From: Pseudomonadota bacterium
Lineage (GTDB): Bacteria > Pseudomonadota > Gammaproteobacteria > Competibacterales > Competibacteraceae
Direction of reading: 5' to 3'
Length of the DNA stretch: 64,000 nt
Assembly: GCA_018240295.1 (NCBI GenBank)
Contig: JAFEGB010000326.1
Location: 94 to 64,093, forward strand
Under the pieces are notes generated by a model. The model did no database searches and had not been told where the DNA came from. It saw only the letters and a list, made by a program, of their open reading frames with translations. A program made the translations under genes and the position numbers. Below, one piece after another: positions 8,423-16,657 of the stretch. The first letter of the stretch is position 1; every line of letters begins with the position of its first letter.

Positions 8423-9325
8423 TCAGCGCACGCTTTCTCCATCCCCGCCCCGGCGTTCCGCCGCCCGGTACTGCGCGACGAAGTCATCGAGCCCCGGGCG
8501 GTCGATGTCCGATACCGCGACGTGCGCCATGCCGGCGTGCTGCCAGCGCAGCACGCCGTAGCCATCGACCGTCGACAGCTCCGGCGAGCTTTCCTCGCGC
8601 GTGCCGACCGGGATCAGGCTCAGGCTGATCAGGTGTTCGCGGTGGCCGTAGACCAGCGTCGGCGCCGGGCGGCCGTCGACGATCTCGATGCGCGCACCGA
8701 GCAGCGGATAGCCGCCGGCGGCGAGGTCGATGACGGTCGGGGCCAGCGCCAGCCGGCTGCCGAGCCAGGGCTTGACCGTGTGCCGGTCGCTGCTCGCGAC
8801 ATCGACCGGGTGCTGCGCGAGCAGCGCGCGGCGGTGGCCGGCGACGGTGGCCGCGATCTGCGCCTGCTGCGCATCGGGCGCGAAGTACAGCGCGGCGCTG
8901 CCGTACACGAGGCCGGCGCTCAGCAGGCAGCTCGCGGCCAGCGCCCGCCAGTCGCTGTGCCAGCCGCGGCGGCGGGTTCGGGTCCGGGCGGCAGGGAGCG
9001 GGGTGACGGGCGCGGTCACGGGGCTGGTCACGGGCACATCGGCGGCGGCCTGCGCCCACGGCTGCGCGAGCCGGGCACGCAGCGCCGCGGACGGGCCATG
9101 TTCGGTCGAGATGCGCGACAAGGCCCGGTGCAGCGCGGCGATCCGTTCGGCCTCGGCGGCGAACGCCGGGTCGGTGGCGCGGCGGCGGGCGAGGGCGAGG
9201 CTCGCGGCCGGGTCGAGTTCGCCGTCGAGATCGGCGTGCAGCAGCAGGCGCTCCGGATCGTCCGGGGCCGGCGGCAGCGCGGCGTCGGGATCGGGGTGGC
9301 CGGCGGGTTCGTGGCGGTCGTTCAT
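8423..9325 (-). CDS. Membrane-anchored anti-sigma factor (no Zn-binding cysteines)
   Basis: 300 aa. Its ATG overlaps the sigma-factor stop (ATGA at 9322-9325). N-terminal anti-sigma domain motif LLLHADLDGELD without an HxxxCxxC. One TM segment (WRALAASCLLSAGLVYGSAALYF). Periplasmic C-terminal domain. Confidence 0.8.
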   Translation of the reverse strand: MNDRHEPAGHPDPDAALPPAPDDPERLLLHADLDGELDPAASLALARRRATDPAFAAEAERIAALHRALSRISTEHGPSAALRARLAQPWAQAAADVPVTSPVTAPVTPLPAARTRTRRRGWHSDWRALAASCLLSAGLVYGSAALYFAPDAQQAQIAATVAGHRRALLAQHPVDVASSDRHTVKPWLGSRLALAPTVIDLAAGGYPLLGARIEIVDGRPAPTLVYGHREHLISLSLIPVGTREESSPELSTVDGYGVLRWQHAGMAHVAVSDIDRPGLDDFVAQYRAAERRGGDGESVR

Positions 9326-9903
9326 GCCGGGCTCCCGCCGAGATCGGCGATCAGGCGGCTGCGGGCGCGGGCGAGGCGCGACATGACCGTGCCGACCGGC
9401 ACGCCGGTCAGTTCGGCGATCTCGCGGTAGCCGAGCGCGTGGAATTCGCGCAGCACCAGGGTTTCGCGGAACACCGGCGGCAGCGCCGCGACTGCGGCGG
9501 CGAGGCGCTCGCGGTCGGCCTGCTCGATCGCCAGCGCCTCGGGCGGTACGGGAGGCTGCGGCGCGTAGCCGGGCAGCTCGATGCCGCGCTCGGCTTCGGT
9601 GGCAGCCGGATCGTCGGTGTATTCGAGCGCGTGCGGGCGGTTGCGCGCGAGCCAGGTGTACGCGCAGTTGCGCACGATCGCGAGGAACCAGGCACGCGCA
9701 CTGCCGCCGGCGTAGCTGCCGAGCGCGGCCCAGGCGCGGGCGCAGGCGTCCTGCAGCACGTCCTCGGCGTCGGTGGCATTGCCGGTCAGCCAGCGCGCCA
9801 GCGCATAGCCACCATCGATCCAGGGCATGACCACCTCCGCGTAGCGCTGCTGCGCCCGGGTTCTGTCAGCGATGTCGGTCGTCACGGTGCGAACCGTCTC
9901 CAT
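9322..9903 (-). CDS. ECF-family RNA polymerase sigma-70 factor
   Basis: 193 aa. Region 2 (DAEDVLQDACARAW, AWFLAIVRNCAYTWL) and region 4 (FRETLVLREFHALGYREIAELTGVPVGTVMSRLARAR). Confidence 0.9.
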   Translation of the reverse strand: METVRTVTTDIADRTRAQQRYAEVVMPWIDGGYALARWLTGNATDAEDVLQDACARAWAALGSYAGGSARAWFLAIVRNCAYTWLARNRPHALEYTDDPAATEAERGIELPGYAPQPPVPPEALAIEQADRERLAAAVAALPPVFRETLVLREFHALGYREIAELTGVPVGTVMSRLARARSRLIADLGGSPA

Positions 9904-9942
9904 AAGCCGCCATGCCCGGCCGCGGCCGGCCGGGCAGCGGGT

Positions 9943-10305
9943 TCATTGCGCAGCGCGCACGCTGATGTGGCCCTGCATGTGCGGATGCAGGCCGCAGACG
10001 TAGTCGATCTCGCCCGGCGCATCGAGCTGCGTCTCCCAGCTGTCGTCCTGATCGAGCGCCGGCGAGCGCAGCGCGGCCGCGCTGCCGAGGCCGACGACGT
10101 TGTGCGGTACGTCATCGGCGTTCTTCCAGAGGATGCGCGTGCCGGGCGCGACGACGAGCGTGCGCGGTTCGAAAGCGTATCCGTGGATCGTGACCGTGAC
10201 CGCTGCGGGGGCGGCGCGGGCCGGGGACAGCACGAGCAGGGCGAGCAGCACCGGCAGGGCGGCGGCAAGGAGCGGGCGGGGCGGGAGGGTGCAGGCGAAG
10301 GACAT
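9943..10305 (-). CDS. Secreted type-1 copper cupredoxin (amicyanin/pseudoazurin-like)
   Basis: Track ORF 9943..10710(-) trimmed to the ATG at 10305 (MSFACTLPPRPLLAAALPVLLALLVLSPARA signal peptide). Ligand set: DDVPHNV ... YVCGLHPHM (His, then Cys-x2-His-x2-Met). Confidence 0.8.
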   Translation of the reverse strand: MSFACTLPPRPLLAAALPVLLALLVLSPARAAPAAVTVTIHGYAFEPRTLVVAPGTRILWKNADDVPHNVVGLGSAAALRSPALDQDDSWETQLDAPGEIDYVCGLHPHMQGHISVRAAQ

Positions 10306-10400
10306 GGCAGGGATTCCGGAGGTCGGGCGGCGATGGACGCGGGGCCGGGCGGCTCGAAAGCGCCGGTGCTCGGCGTCGGGGCAGAAGGCGCGGGCCGGCG

Positions 10401-11399
10401 TCAGGCCAGCGGGTAGTCGGTCAGCTGCGCACCGGGTGCGGTGCGGGTCAGTTGCAGGCTGCGCACGCCGAGCACGTGCCGGAGCTGTTCGGCCGGCACC
10501 ACCAGCGGGCCGGGCGAGGCCGCGGTGCCGGGGGCCGGCTGCGGGTAGGCGGTCGAGTAGGCGGTGTGGAAGCTGACGTTGCCCTCGACCTTCTGCAGCG
10601 TCTGGTGGATGTGGCCGTTCAGCACCGTCACCGAGCCGAAGCGCTTCAGCAGCGCGAGCGCCTGCGCGGCATCGTCGGTGCCCCAGCCCCAGTCGGCGTA
10701 CACGGTCCACAGCGGGATGTGCGCGAACACCACGACCGGCGTCGAGTCGCCGACGGCCTTCAGGTCATCGGCGAGCCACGCAAGCTGCGCGGCCCCGAGC
10801 CGGCCGAGGCCGCCGGGCTTGAAGTCGAGCACGTTGACCAGGCCGACGAAATGCACGCCGTGGTCGTCGAAGCTGTACCAGCCGGCGCCCTGCGTGTCCT
10901 TGCCGTAGCGATCGAGCCAGGCCCGCCCGGCGCCTTCGTCGATCACGTCGTGCTCGCCCGGCACGTAGAAGGTCGGCAGCCCGAGTCCGCCGATCAACTG
11001 CGCGGCGGTGTCGAACTCGGCCGGCTTCGACAGGTGCGTGACATCGCCGGTGTGCAGCATCAGCGCCGGACGCTCGGGCAGCGCGCGCACCTTGTCGAGC
11101 GCGAGGTTCAGCGTCAGCAGCGGATCGGGGTTCGCGGCCTTGTTGAAGCCGATGTGGCTGTCGCTGATCTGCACGAAGCGGAAGGCACCGGCATCGGTCT
11201 TGGCCTCGGCCGCATTCGCGTCACCGATCGCACCGAGCCAGCGCGGCACGCCGCCGTGCATTGCCCACAGCGCGCCGGTGCCGGCCCAGAACAGGCAGCC
11301 GAGCGCCTGCCGGCGCGTGAGGCCGGCGGATGGCGGCTGTCCGGATGCGATGGAGGGGGCGGCGGGTGAAGCGCTGCGGTCGGAACGGGATGAGGACAT
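10401..11399 (-). CDS. Tat-exported metallophosphoesterase (calcineurin-like)
   Basis: 332 aa. Twin-arginine motif TRRQALGCL. Phosphoesterase motifs: QISDSHIG, HTGDVTH, VPGEHD, FAHIPL, LNGHIH. Confidence 0.85.
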   Translation of the reverse strand: MSSSRSDRSASPAAPSIASGQPPSAGLTRRQALGCLFWAGTGALWAMHGGVPRWLGAIGDANAAEAKTDAGAFRFVQISDSHIGFNKAANPDPLLTLNLALDKVRALPERPALMLHTGDVTHLSKPAEFDTAAQLIGGLGLPTFYVPGEHDVIDEGAGRAWLDRYGKDTQGAGWYSFDDHGVHFVGLVNVLDFKPGGLGRLGAAQLAWLADDLKAVGDSTPVVVFAHIPLWTVYADWGWGTDDAAQALALLKRFGSVTVLNGHIHQTLQKVEGNVSFHTAYSTAYPQPAPGTAASPGPLVVPAEQLRHVLGVRSLQLTRTAPGAQLTDYPLA

Positions 11400-11469
11400 G
11401 GGGGCGGTCTCCGCTGCTGCGGCCCCGGAAGCGGGACCGTTGCACGGGAGACGCGCCGGGCCGGGTGGT

Positions 11470-12231
11470 TTATTCCCGGGCGGATGCAGATCGCTCTGCC
11501 GGTGCCGCAGCGTCCCGGTACAGGCGCAGCAGTTCCTCGTGGCTCAGCGAGCCCATGCCGTCGCGGATGTCGCTCTCGATCGCCAGGCGCAGCGCCAGCG
11601 GATCGCGCCGTTCGAGCGCGGCCAGCGCCTCGACGTGGCGATCGAGCACGTAGCTCGCGCCGATGCGGCCGATGGTCGCGCGCATGAACGGCCCGAACTG
11701 CAGCCACAGGCTCTCGATCAGCGGGATCAGCACCTGCGGCTCGCCGGCGCGGTACAGCGTCAGGTGAAAGAGCTGGTTGAGCTGCAGGTAGCGCTCGACC
11801 TCGCCGGCGGCGAGCGCGGCGTCGATGCCGGCGTCGATCTGCCGGAGTTCCGCGAGCCGCGTGCCGTCGACGTGCGGCAGCGCCCGTACCGCGGCCAGCG
11901 GCTCCAGCGCGAGGCGCGCGGCGCAGAGCTCATCGAGCCGCGCCGGCGTCATGTGCGGCACGCTGACGCGGCGGTTGGCGAGCAGCTCCAGCGCGCGTTC
12001 GGCGACCAGCCGGCGCAGCGCCTCGCGCACCGGCATCAGGCTGGTGCCGAGCATCGCCGCGACGCCACGGATGGTCAGCGCCCGCCCCGGCACGAAGCGC
12101 CCGCACATGATCGCGCCGCGCAGCGACTGGTAGACCTGTTCGTGCAGGGTGGCGCCGGCGGTGCGCTCGGCGGCGGGCAGCGTCACGGGCATCGGGGTGG
12201 GAGGCGGTGGACTCGACAGCTCCGGAAACAT
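11470..12231 (-). CDS. GntR-family (FCD domain) transcriptional regulator
   Basis: Track ORF 11470..12363(-). wHTH LHEQVYQSLRGAIMCGRFVPGRALTIRGVAAMLGTSLMPVREALRRLVAE followed by an FCD-like helical domain. Start is ambiguous: ATG 12231 overlaps the palindrome, and ATG 12192 is the alternative. Confidence 0.8.
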   Translation of the reverse strand: MFPELSSPPPPTPMPVTLPAAERTAGATLHEQVYQSLRGAIMCGRFVPGRALTIRGVAAMLGTSLMPVREALRRLVAERALELLANRRVSVPHMTPARLDELCAARLALEPLAAVRALPHVDGTRLAELRQIDAGIDAALAAGEVERYLQLNQLFHLTLYRAGEPQVLIPLIESLWLQFGPFMRATIGRIGASYVLDRHVEALAALERRDPLALRLAIESDIRDGMGSLSHEELLRLYRDAAAPAERSASARE

Positions 12232-12241
12232 GTGATCACAA
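12230..12241. promoter_or_regulatory. Second copy of the ATGTGATCACA palindrome (gntR/puuA divergent spacer)
   Basis: 11 of 12 identical to the 7522-7533 palindrome. Lies 38 nt upstream of the alternative GntR start and 69 nt upstream of the puuA ATG at 12310. Confidence 0.55.
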
Positions 12242-12309
12242 TCGGCCGGCAGTCTTCGCGAACACCCGAACGGCGTCAAGCGATGCCCCTGCCCCCGAGG
12301 AATCCTCCG

Positions 12310-13686
12310 ATGAGTCCCGCCAACGTCGCGCACGACGAGGTCGGCCGCTTCCTGGCCGCGCATCCCGAAGTCGAAGTCTTCGAGCTGCTGATCCCGGACA
12401 CCAACGGCGTGCTGCGCGGCAAGTGGGTGCCGCGCAGTGCGGTCGAGAAGGTCTACAGCGCCGGCATCCGCCTGCCTTCGTCGGTGTTCGCGCTCGACAT
12501 CTGGGGCAACGACGTGCTCGCCAGCGGCCTGGTGATCGAGACCGGCGACCGCGACGGCCTCTGCAAGCCGGTCGCCGGTTCGCTGACGCTGGTGCCGTGG
12601 CTCAAGCGCCCGACCGCGCAGGTGCTGATGGCGATGTACGACCCGGACAGCGTCCAGCCCTTCTTCGGCGATCCGCGCCAGGTGCTCGCGCAGGTGCTGG
12701 CCGGCTACACGGCGCTCGGGCTGACGCCGGTCGTGGCGCTGGAGCTGGAGTTCTACCTGCTCGATCGCGAGCCCTCGCCGGATGGCTCGCCGCAGCCGCC
12801 GCTGTCACCCGGCACCGGCCGCCGGCAGTGGAGTTCGCAGGTCTACGGCATCGACGAGCTGCACGAGTTCGAGGACTTCTTCGACGGCGTCGCCCGCGCC
12901 TGCGTGCTGCAGCGCCTGCCGGTAGACACCACGGTCGCCGAACAGGCGCCGAACCAGTACGAGATCAACCTCAAGCACGTCGACGATGCCATCCTCGCCG
13001 CCGACAACGCCGTGCTGCTCAAGCGCGTGATCAAGGGCGTCGCGCAGCAGCACCAGATGGCCGCGACCTTCATGGCCAAGCCCTACGGCGAACTCGCCGG
13101 CAATGGCATGCACATCCACTTCAGCCTGATCGACGAGCGCGGCTTCAACGTCTTCGATGACGGCAGCGCCGAGGGCAGCGCGCTGCTCAAGCACGCGATC
13201 GCCGGCATGGTCACGACCATGCGCGAGACGATGGCGCTCTACGCCCCGAACACCAATTCCTACCGCCGCTTCCAGCCCGGCAGCCACGCGCCTGTGTCGG
13301 CGAACTGGGGCTACGACAACCGCGCCGCGGCGCTGCGCATTCCGTCCGGCGAGCGGCAGGCGATGCGCATCGAACACCGCCTCGCCGGCGCCGACGCCAA
13401 TCCGTATCTGGCGCTGGCGGCGATGCTGGCCGGGGGCCTGCGCGGCATCCGCGAGAAGCTCGATCCCGGCGAGCCCAGTCGCGGCCACGTCGGCAACGGC
13501 CAGGCGCCGGTGCTGCCGGCCTCGCTGAAGCACGCGCTGGAAATCTTCGACAAGTCCCCGTTCCCGCGCGAAGCCTTCGGCGATTCCTACCCGCGCCTCT
13601 ACAGCGCCTGTCGCTGGCAGGAACTGGAGAAGTTCGGCAAGCAGGTCACGCCGCTGGAATACGACTCGTATCTGCGGACCGTGTGA
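12310..13686 (+). CDS. puuA: Gamma-glutamylputrescine (gamma-glutamylpolyamine) synthetase, glutamine synthetase family
   Basis: C-terminal 458 codons of track ORF 11008..13686(+). The ATG at 12310 follows GAGGAA; ATG 12283 is the alternative. Type III GS-like motifs: ELEFYL, NQYEINL, FMAKPY, GNGMHIHFSL, NSYRR, WGYDNRAAALRIP, EHRLAGADANPYL. Confidence 0.9.
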   Translation: MSPANVAHDEVGRFLAAHPEVEVFELLIPDTNGVLRGKWVPRSAVEKVYSAGIRLPSSVFALDIWGNDVLASGLVIETGDRDGLCKPVAGSLTLVPWLKRPTAQVLMAMYDPDSVQPFFGDPRQVLAQVLAGYTALGLTPVVALELEFYLLDREPSPDGSPQPPLSPGTGRRQWSSQVYGIDELHEFEDFFDGVARACVLQRLPVDTTVAEQAPNQYEINLKHVDDAILAADNAVLLKRVIKGVAQQHQMAATFMAKPYGELAGNGMHIHFSLIDERGFNVFDDGSAEGSALLKHAIAGMVTTMRETMALYAPNTNSYRRFQPGSHAPVSANWGYDNRAAALRIPSGERQAMRIEHRLAGADANPYLALAAMLAGGLRGIREKLDPGEPSRGHVGNGQAPVLPASLKHALEIFDKSPFPREAFGDSYPRLYSACRWQELEKFGKQVTPLEYDSYLRTV

Positions 13687-13896
13687 ATCGGCCTCCGGCC
13701 TCCGGCCAGCGGTCGGTCTCGTGAAGTCCTGCAGCCATGAAGATCTGAGCGTCCGCACCTCGATGGCCGTATCCGGGCCATTCGCGATGATCTGTCCTGC
13801 GATGTTGACGAATCAGTTTTTCTTGCCCGCGCATCAGCCGGATTTGTTGATGCAGATCATGAAAATCCGGTAATGATCATGACACCGTGAGTCCGT

Positions 13897-13929
13897 CCGG
13901 CCCGCAGCAAAAGATTTTCTGCGGGCCGG
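13897..13929. other. Strong 11-bp-stem hairpin (ccggcccgcag / ctgcgggccgg) in the puuA-GNAT spacer
   Basis: Read directly. Loop is caaaagatttt and no U-tract follows, so it is not a canonical intrinsic terminator. It sits in a locally AT-richer spacer. Confidence 0.4.
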
Positions 13930-14012
13930 CACAGGCCGACAGGTGTCCGTCACGGCTGCACAGGCCGGCGGAGTGCTGCCGATTCATCGCAGCCAGTCAT
14001 GCCGCCCCGCCG

Positions 14013-14633
14013 ATGAGTACCGATTCCGCCCTGCCTCCCCGGCCGGCTGAAACCGGGCAGGATTTCGAAACTTCAGCCCCTGAACCCCATGCCGCGGGCA
14101 CTGCGCTGGCCGTGCGCGATGCGCTTGCGATCGACCTGCTCGCGATCTGCGAGATCTACACGCCCTACGTGCTCTACGGCGCCCAGACCTTCGAGGAAGT
14201 GCCGCCGTCGCTGGCGGCGATGACCGAGCGCCGTGCGCAGGTGCTGGCGCACGGCCTGCCGTTCCTGGTCGCTGAACGCGGGGCACGCGTGCTCGGCTAC
14301 TGCTATGCCACGCCGTACCGGTCACGGCCGGCCTACCGCTACACCGTGGAAGACTCGATCTACATCGCCCACGACTGCACCGCCGGCGGCGTCGGCACGG
14401 CGCTGCTCGAAGCCCTGATCCGGCGCTGCGAGCGCGGGCCGTGGCGGCAGATGATTTCGGTGATCGGCGACAGCGACAACGCCGCGTCGATCCGGCTGCA
14501 CACCCGCCACGGCTTCGAGCCGATCGGCATCTGCCGGGCGGTCGGCTTCAAGCACGGGCGCTGGATCGACACGGTGCTGATGCAGCGCGCACTCGGGGCC
14601 GGCGACCGGAGCCTGCCATCGGGCCGGGCCTGA
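14013..14633 (+). CDS. GNAT N-acetyltransferase, phosphinothricin/methionine-sulfoximine acetyltransferase-like
   Basis: Track ORF 13887..14633(+) trimmed to the ATG at 14013. An in-frame GTG at 14112 would give a more typical ~173-aa protein. PAT-like motifs: ICEIYTPYV, TFEEVPPS, GYCYATPYRSRPAYRYTVEDSIYI, GVGTALLEALI, SIRLHTRHGFE, GFKHGRWIDTVLMQ. Confidence 0.8.
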   Translation: MSTDSALPPRPAETGQDFETSAPEPHAAGTALAVRDALAIDLLAICEIYTPYVLYGAQTFEEVPPSLAAMTERRAQVLAHGLPFLVAERGARVLGYCYATPYRSRPAYRYTVEDSIYIAHDCTAGGVGTALLEALIRRCERGPWRQMISVIGDSDNAASIRLHTRHGFEPIGICRAVGFKHGRWIDTVLMQRALGAGDRSLPSGRA

Positions 14634-14722
14634 AGCCGCGACATCCTGCCGCATGCCGGGCGCGCTACCGGCCGGCTAGACTGCGCCCCCCTGCGCCGGC
14701 GACGGCGCGACCGGATCCCTAA

Positions 14723-15991
14723 ATGCCGATGCTGTTCTCCCCGGTCCCCCCGACGGCCGCCGAGGCCGCGCGCCTGCATCGCTACCGGCTGCTGCTGATC
14801 GCGCTGGTGGCCGGGGCGCATGCGCTCGCCGATGCCGTACTCGGGCTCGACCTGCCGTGGGCGATGCTGGCGCTGGTGCTGGGCGGCTGGCTGCTGCTCG
14901 GGCAGGCGGCACGCGCGCTGCGGCTGGCGACGCTGCTGCAGTTCGGACTCGACCTCGTGCTGCTCACTGTCGTGTTCGCCACCACCGGCGGCTTCGGCAA
15001 CCCGCTGGTGTCGCTGTACCTGCTGCCGCTCGCACTCGGCGCGACGCTGTTGCGCCGCCGGCTGGCCTGGATGCTGACCGGGCTGGCCATCGGCATGGCG
15101 ACGCTGCTGATCGTGGTCTGGACGCCGGCGGCGGTCGGCCTGCACACGGCGCACGCCGCCCAGCACCCGCACGCGCTGTCCGGCGGGCTCGGCTATGCCT
15201 CGCATCTGGTCGGCATGTGGCTGAGCTTCGTCGCCGCCGCCGGGCTGCTCGTGCATTTCACCGGCGCGATGGCCGTGGTGCTGCGCCGGCGCGAACGCGA
15301 ACTCGCCGCTGCCCGCGAACAGACGCTGCGCGACCGTCAGGTACTGGCCCTCGGTGCGCTCGCCGCCGGGGCCGCGCACGAACTCGGCACGCCGCTCGCG
15401 ACCATCGCCGTGCTGGCGCGCGAGCTCGAACTCGATCACGCCGGCGATGCCGCGCTCGCGGCCGATCTCGCAACGCTGCGCACACAGGTCGAGCACTGCA
15501 AGCACGCGATCAGCAGCCTGCTCGCCGCCGCCGGTCAGGCGCGCGTCGAGGCCGCCGGCACGCAGGCGCTCGATGTCTGGCTCGAAACCCTGCTGGCGCG
15601 CTGGCAGACGCTGCGACCGGCAGTGCCGGTGCAACTGCAGCTGGCCGCCGGCGCGTCGCCGTCGATCCTGACCGACGACACCCTCGCCCAGAGCCTGGTC
15701 AGCCTGCTCAACAACGCCGCCGATGTCTCGCCGGCCGGCATCGGCCTGCGCGCCGACTGGGAGGGCGGCGGCCTGCGCCTGGCCGTGCTCGACGACGGCC
15801 CCGGCCTGCCGGCACGGGCCGGCGAACCGCACTGGACCGGCAAGCTGCACGGGCGCGGACTCGGCATCTTCCTCGCGCGGGCCGCGATCGAGCGCCTCGG
15901 TGGTGAACTGCGCTACACGCTCCGCCCCGAAGGCGGCACCTGCGCCGAAATCCGGCTGCCAAACGCGGCGCTGGCGGTGAACCCGACATGA
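14723..15991 (+). CDS. regB: Redox-responsive sensor histidine kinase RegB/PrrB/ActS
   Basis: 422 aa. Multi-TM N-terminus containing GGFGNPL (RegB GGxxNPF quinone box). H-box AAHELGTPLATI. HATPase N and G boxes. Confidence 0.85.
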   Translation: MPMLFSPVPPTAAEAARLHRYRLLLIALVAGAHALADAVLGLDLPWAMLALVLGGWLLLGQAARALRLATLLQFGLDLVLLTVVFATTGGFGNPLVSLYLLPLALGATLLRRRLAWMLTGLAIGMATLLIVVWTPAAVGLHTAHAAQHPHALSGGLGYASHLVGMWLSFVAAAGLLVHFTGAMAVVLRRRERELAAAREQTLRDRQVLALGALAAGAAHELGTPLATIAVLARELELDHAGDAALAADLATLRTQVEHCKHAISSLLAAAGQARVEAAGTQALDVWLETLLARWQTLRPAVPVQLQLAAGASPSILTDDTLAQSLVSLLNNAADVSPAGIGLRADWEGGGLRLAVLDDGPGLPARAGEPHWTGKLHGRGLGIFLARAAIERLGGELRYTLRPEGGTCAEIRLPNAALAVNPT

Positions 15992-16536
15992 GCGACGCTG
16001 CCGCCGACCGGCCGACGCTGCTGCTGGCCGATGACGACGACACCTTCCGCAGCGTGCTCGCCCGCGCACTGACCCGGCGTGGTTATGCGGTGCGCCCCGC
16101 CGCCGATGTGGCCGAAGCGCGCAGGCTGGCCGCCATCGAACCGCCGGAGTTCGCGGTCGTCGATCTGAAGATGCCGGGCGAATCGGGACTGGCGCTGGTC
16201 GAGGCGCTGGTCGCGCTCGACGCCGGCACGCGCATCATCGTGCTGACCGGCTACGCGAGCATCACGACTGCGGTCGAGGCCATCAAGCTCGGTGCCGTGC
16301 ATTACCTCGCCAAGCCCGCCGATGCCGACCAGATCGTCGCCGCCTTCGGCCGCCTCGACGGCAATGCCCGCGTGCCGGTCAGCGACACGCCGATGTCGGT
16401 CGATCGCCTGGAATGGGAGCACATCCAGCGCGTGCTCGCCGAACACGGCGGCAACGTCTCGGCGACCGCCCGCGCGCTGCACATGCACCGGCGCACGCTG
16501 CAGCGCAAGCTCGGCAAGCGGCCGGTGCGGGAGTGA
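15988..16536 (+). CDS. regA: Response regulator RegA/PrrA/ActR
   Basis: 182 aa. Its ATG overlaps the regB stop (ATGA). REC domain (LLLADDDD ... VVDLKMPG ... KP) and a C-terminal HTH, GNVSATARALHMHRRTLQRKL, characteristic of RegA. Confidence 0.9.
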   Translation: MSDAAADRPTLLLADDDDTFRSVLARALTRRGYAVRPAADVAEARRLAAIEPPEFAVVDLKMPGESGLALVEALVALDAGTRIIVLTGYASITTAVEAIKLGAVHYLAKPADADQIVAAFGRLDGNARVPVSDTPMSVDRLEWEHIQRVLAEHGGNVSATARALHMHRRTLQRKLGKRPVRE

Positions 16537-16567
16537 TACCGACCACATCAGAACGCTGCGCTTTTCA

Positions 16568-16607
16568 GCCTCTCGCCCCTCGCGGGAGGGGTTGGGGAGC
16601 GGGGGAG
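16568..16607. repeat. Short GC-rich palindromic intergenic element (REP-like)
   Basis: gcctctcgcccctcgcgggaggggttggggagcgggggag contains a 6-bp stem (cccctc/gagggg). It resembles the proline/glycine-coding intergenic repeats common in beta/gamma-proteobacteria. Only one copy is present in this window. Confidence 0.3.
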
Positions 16608-16657
16608 AAAAACCATGCGTTTACGTGTGATCGGTATGAGGCAGGTCCGGAACGCCG

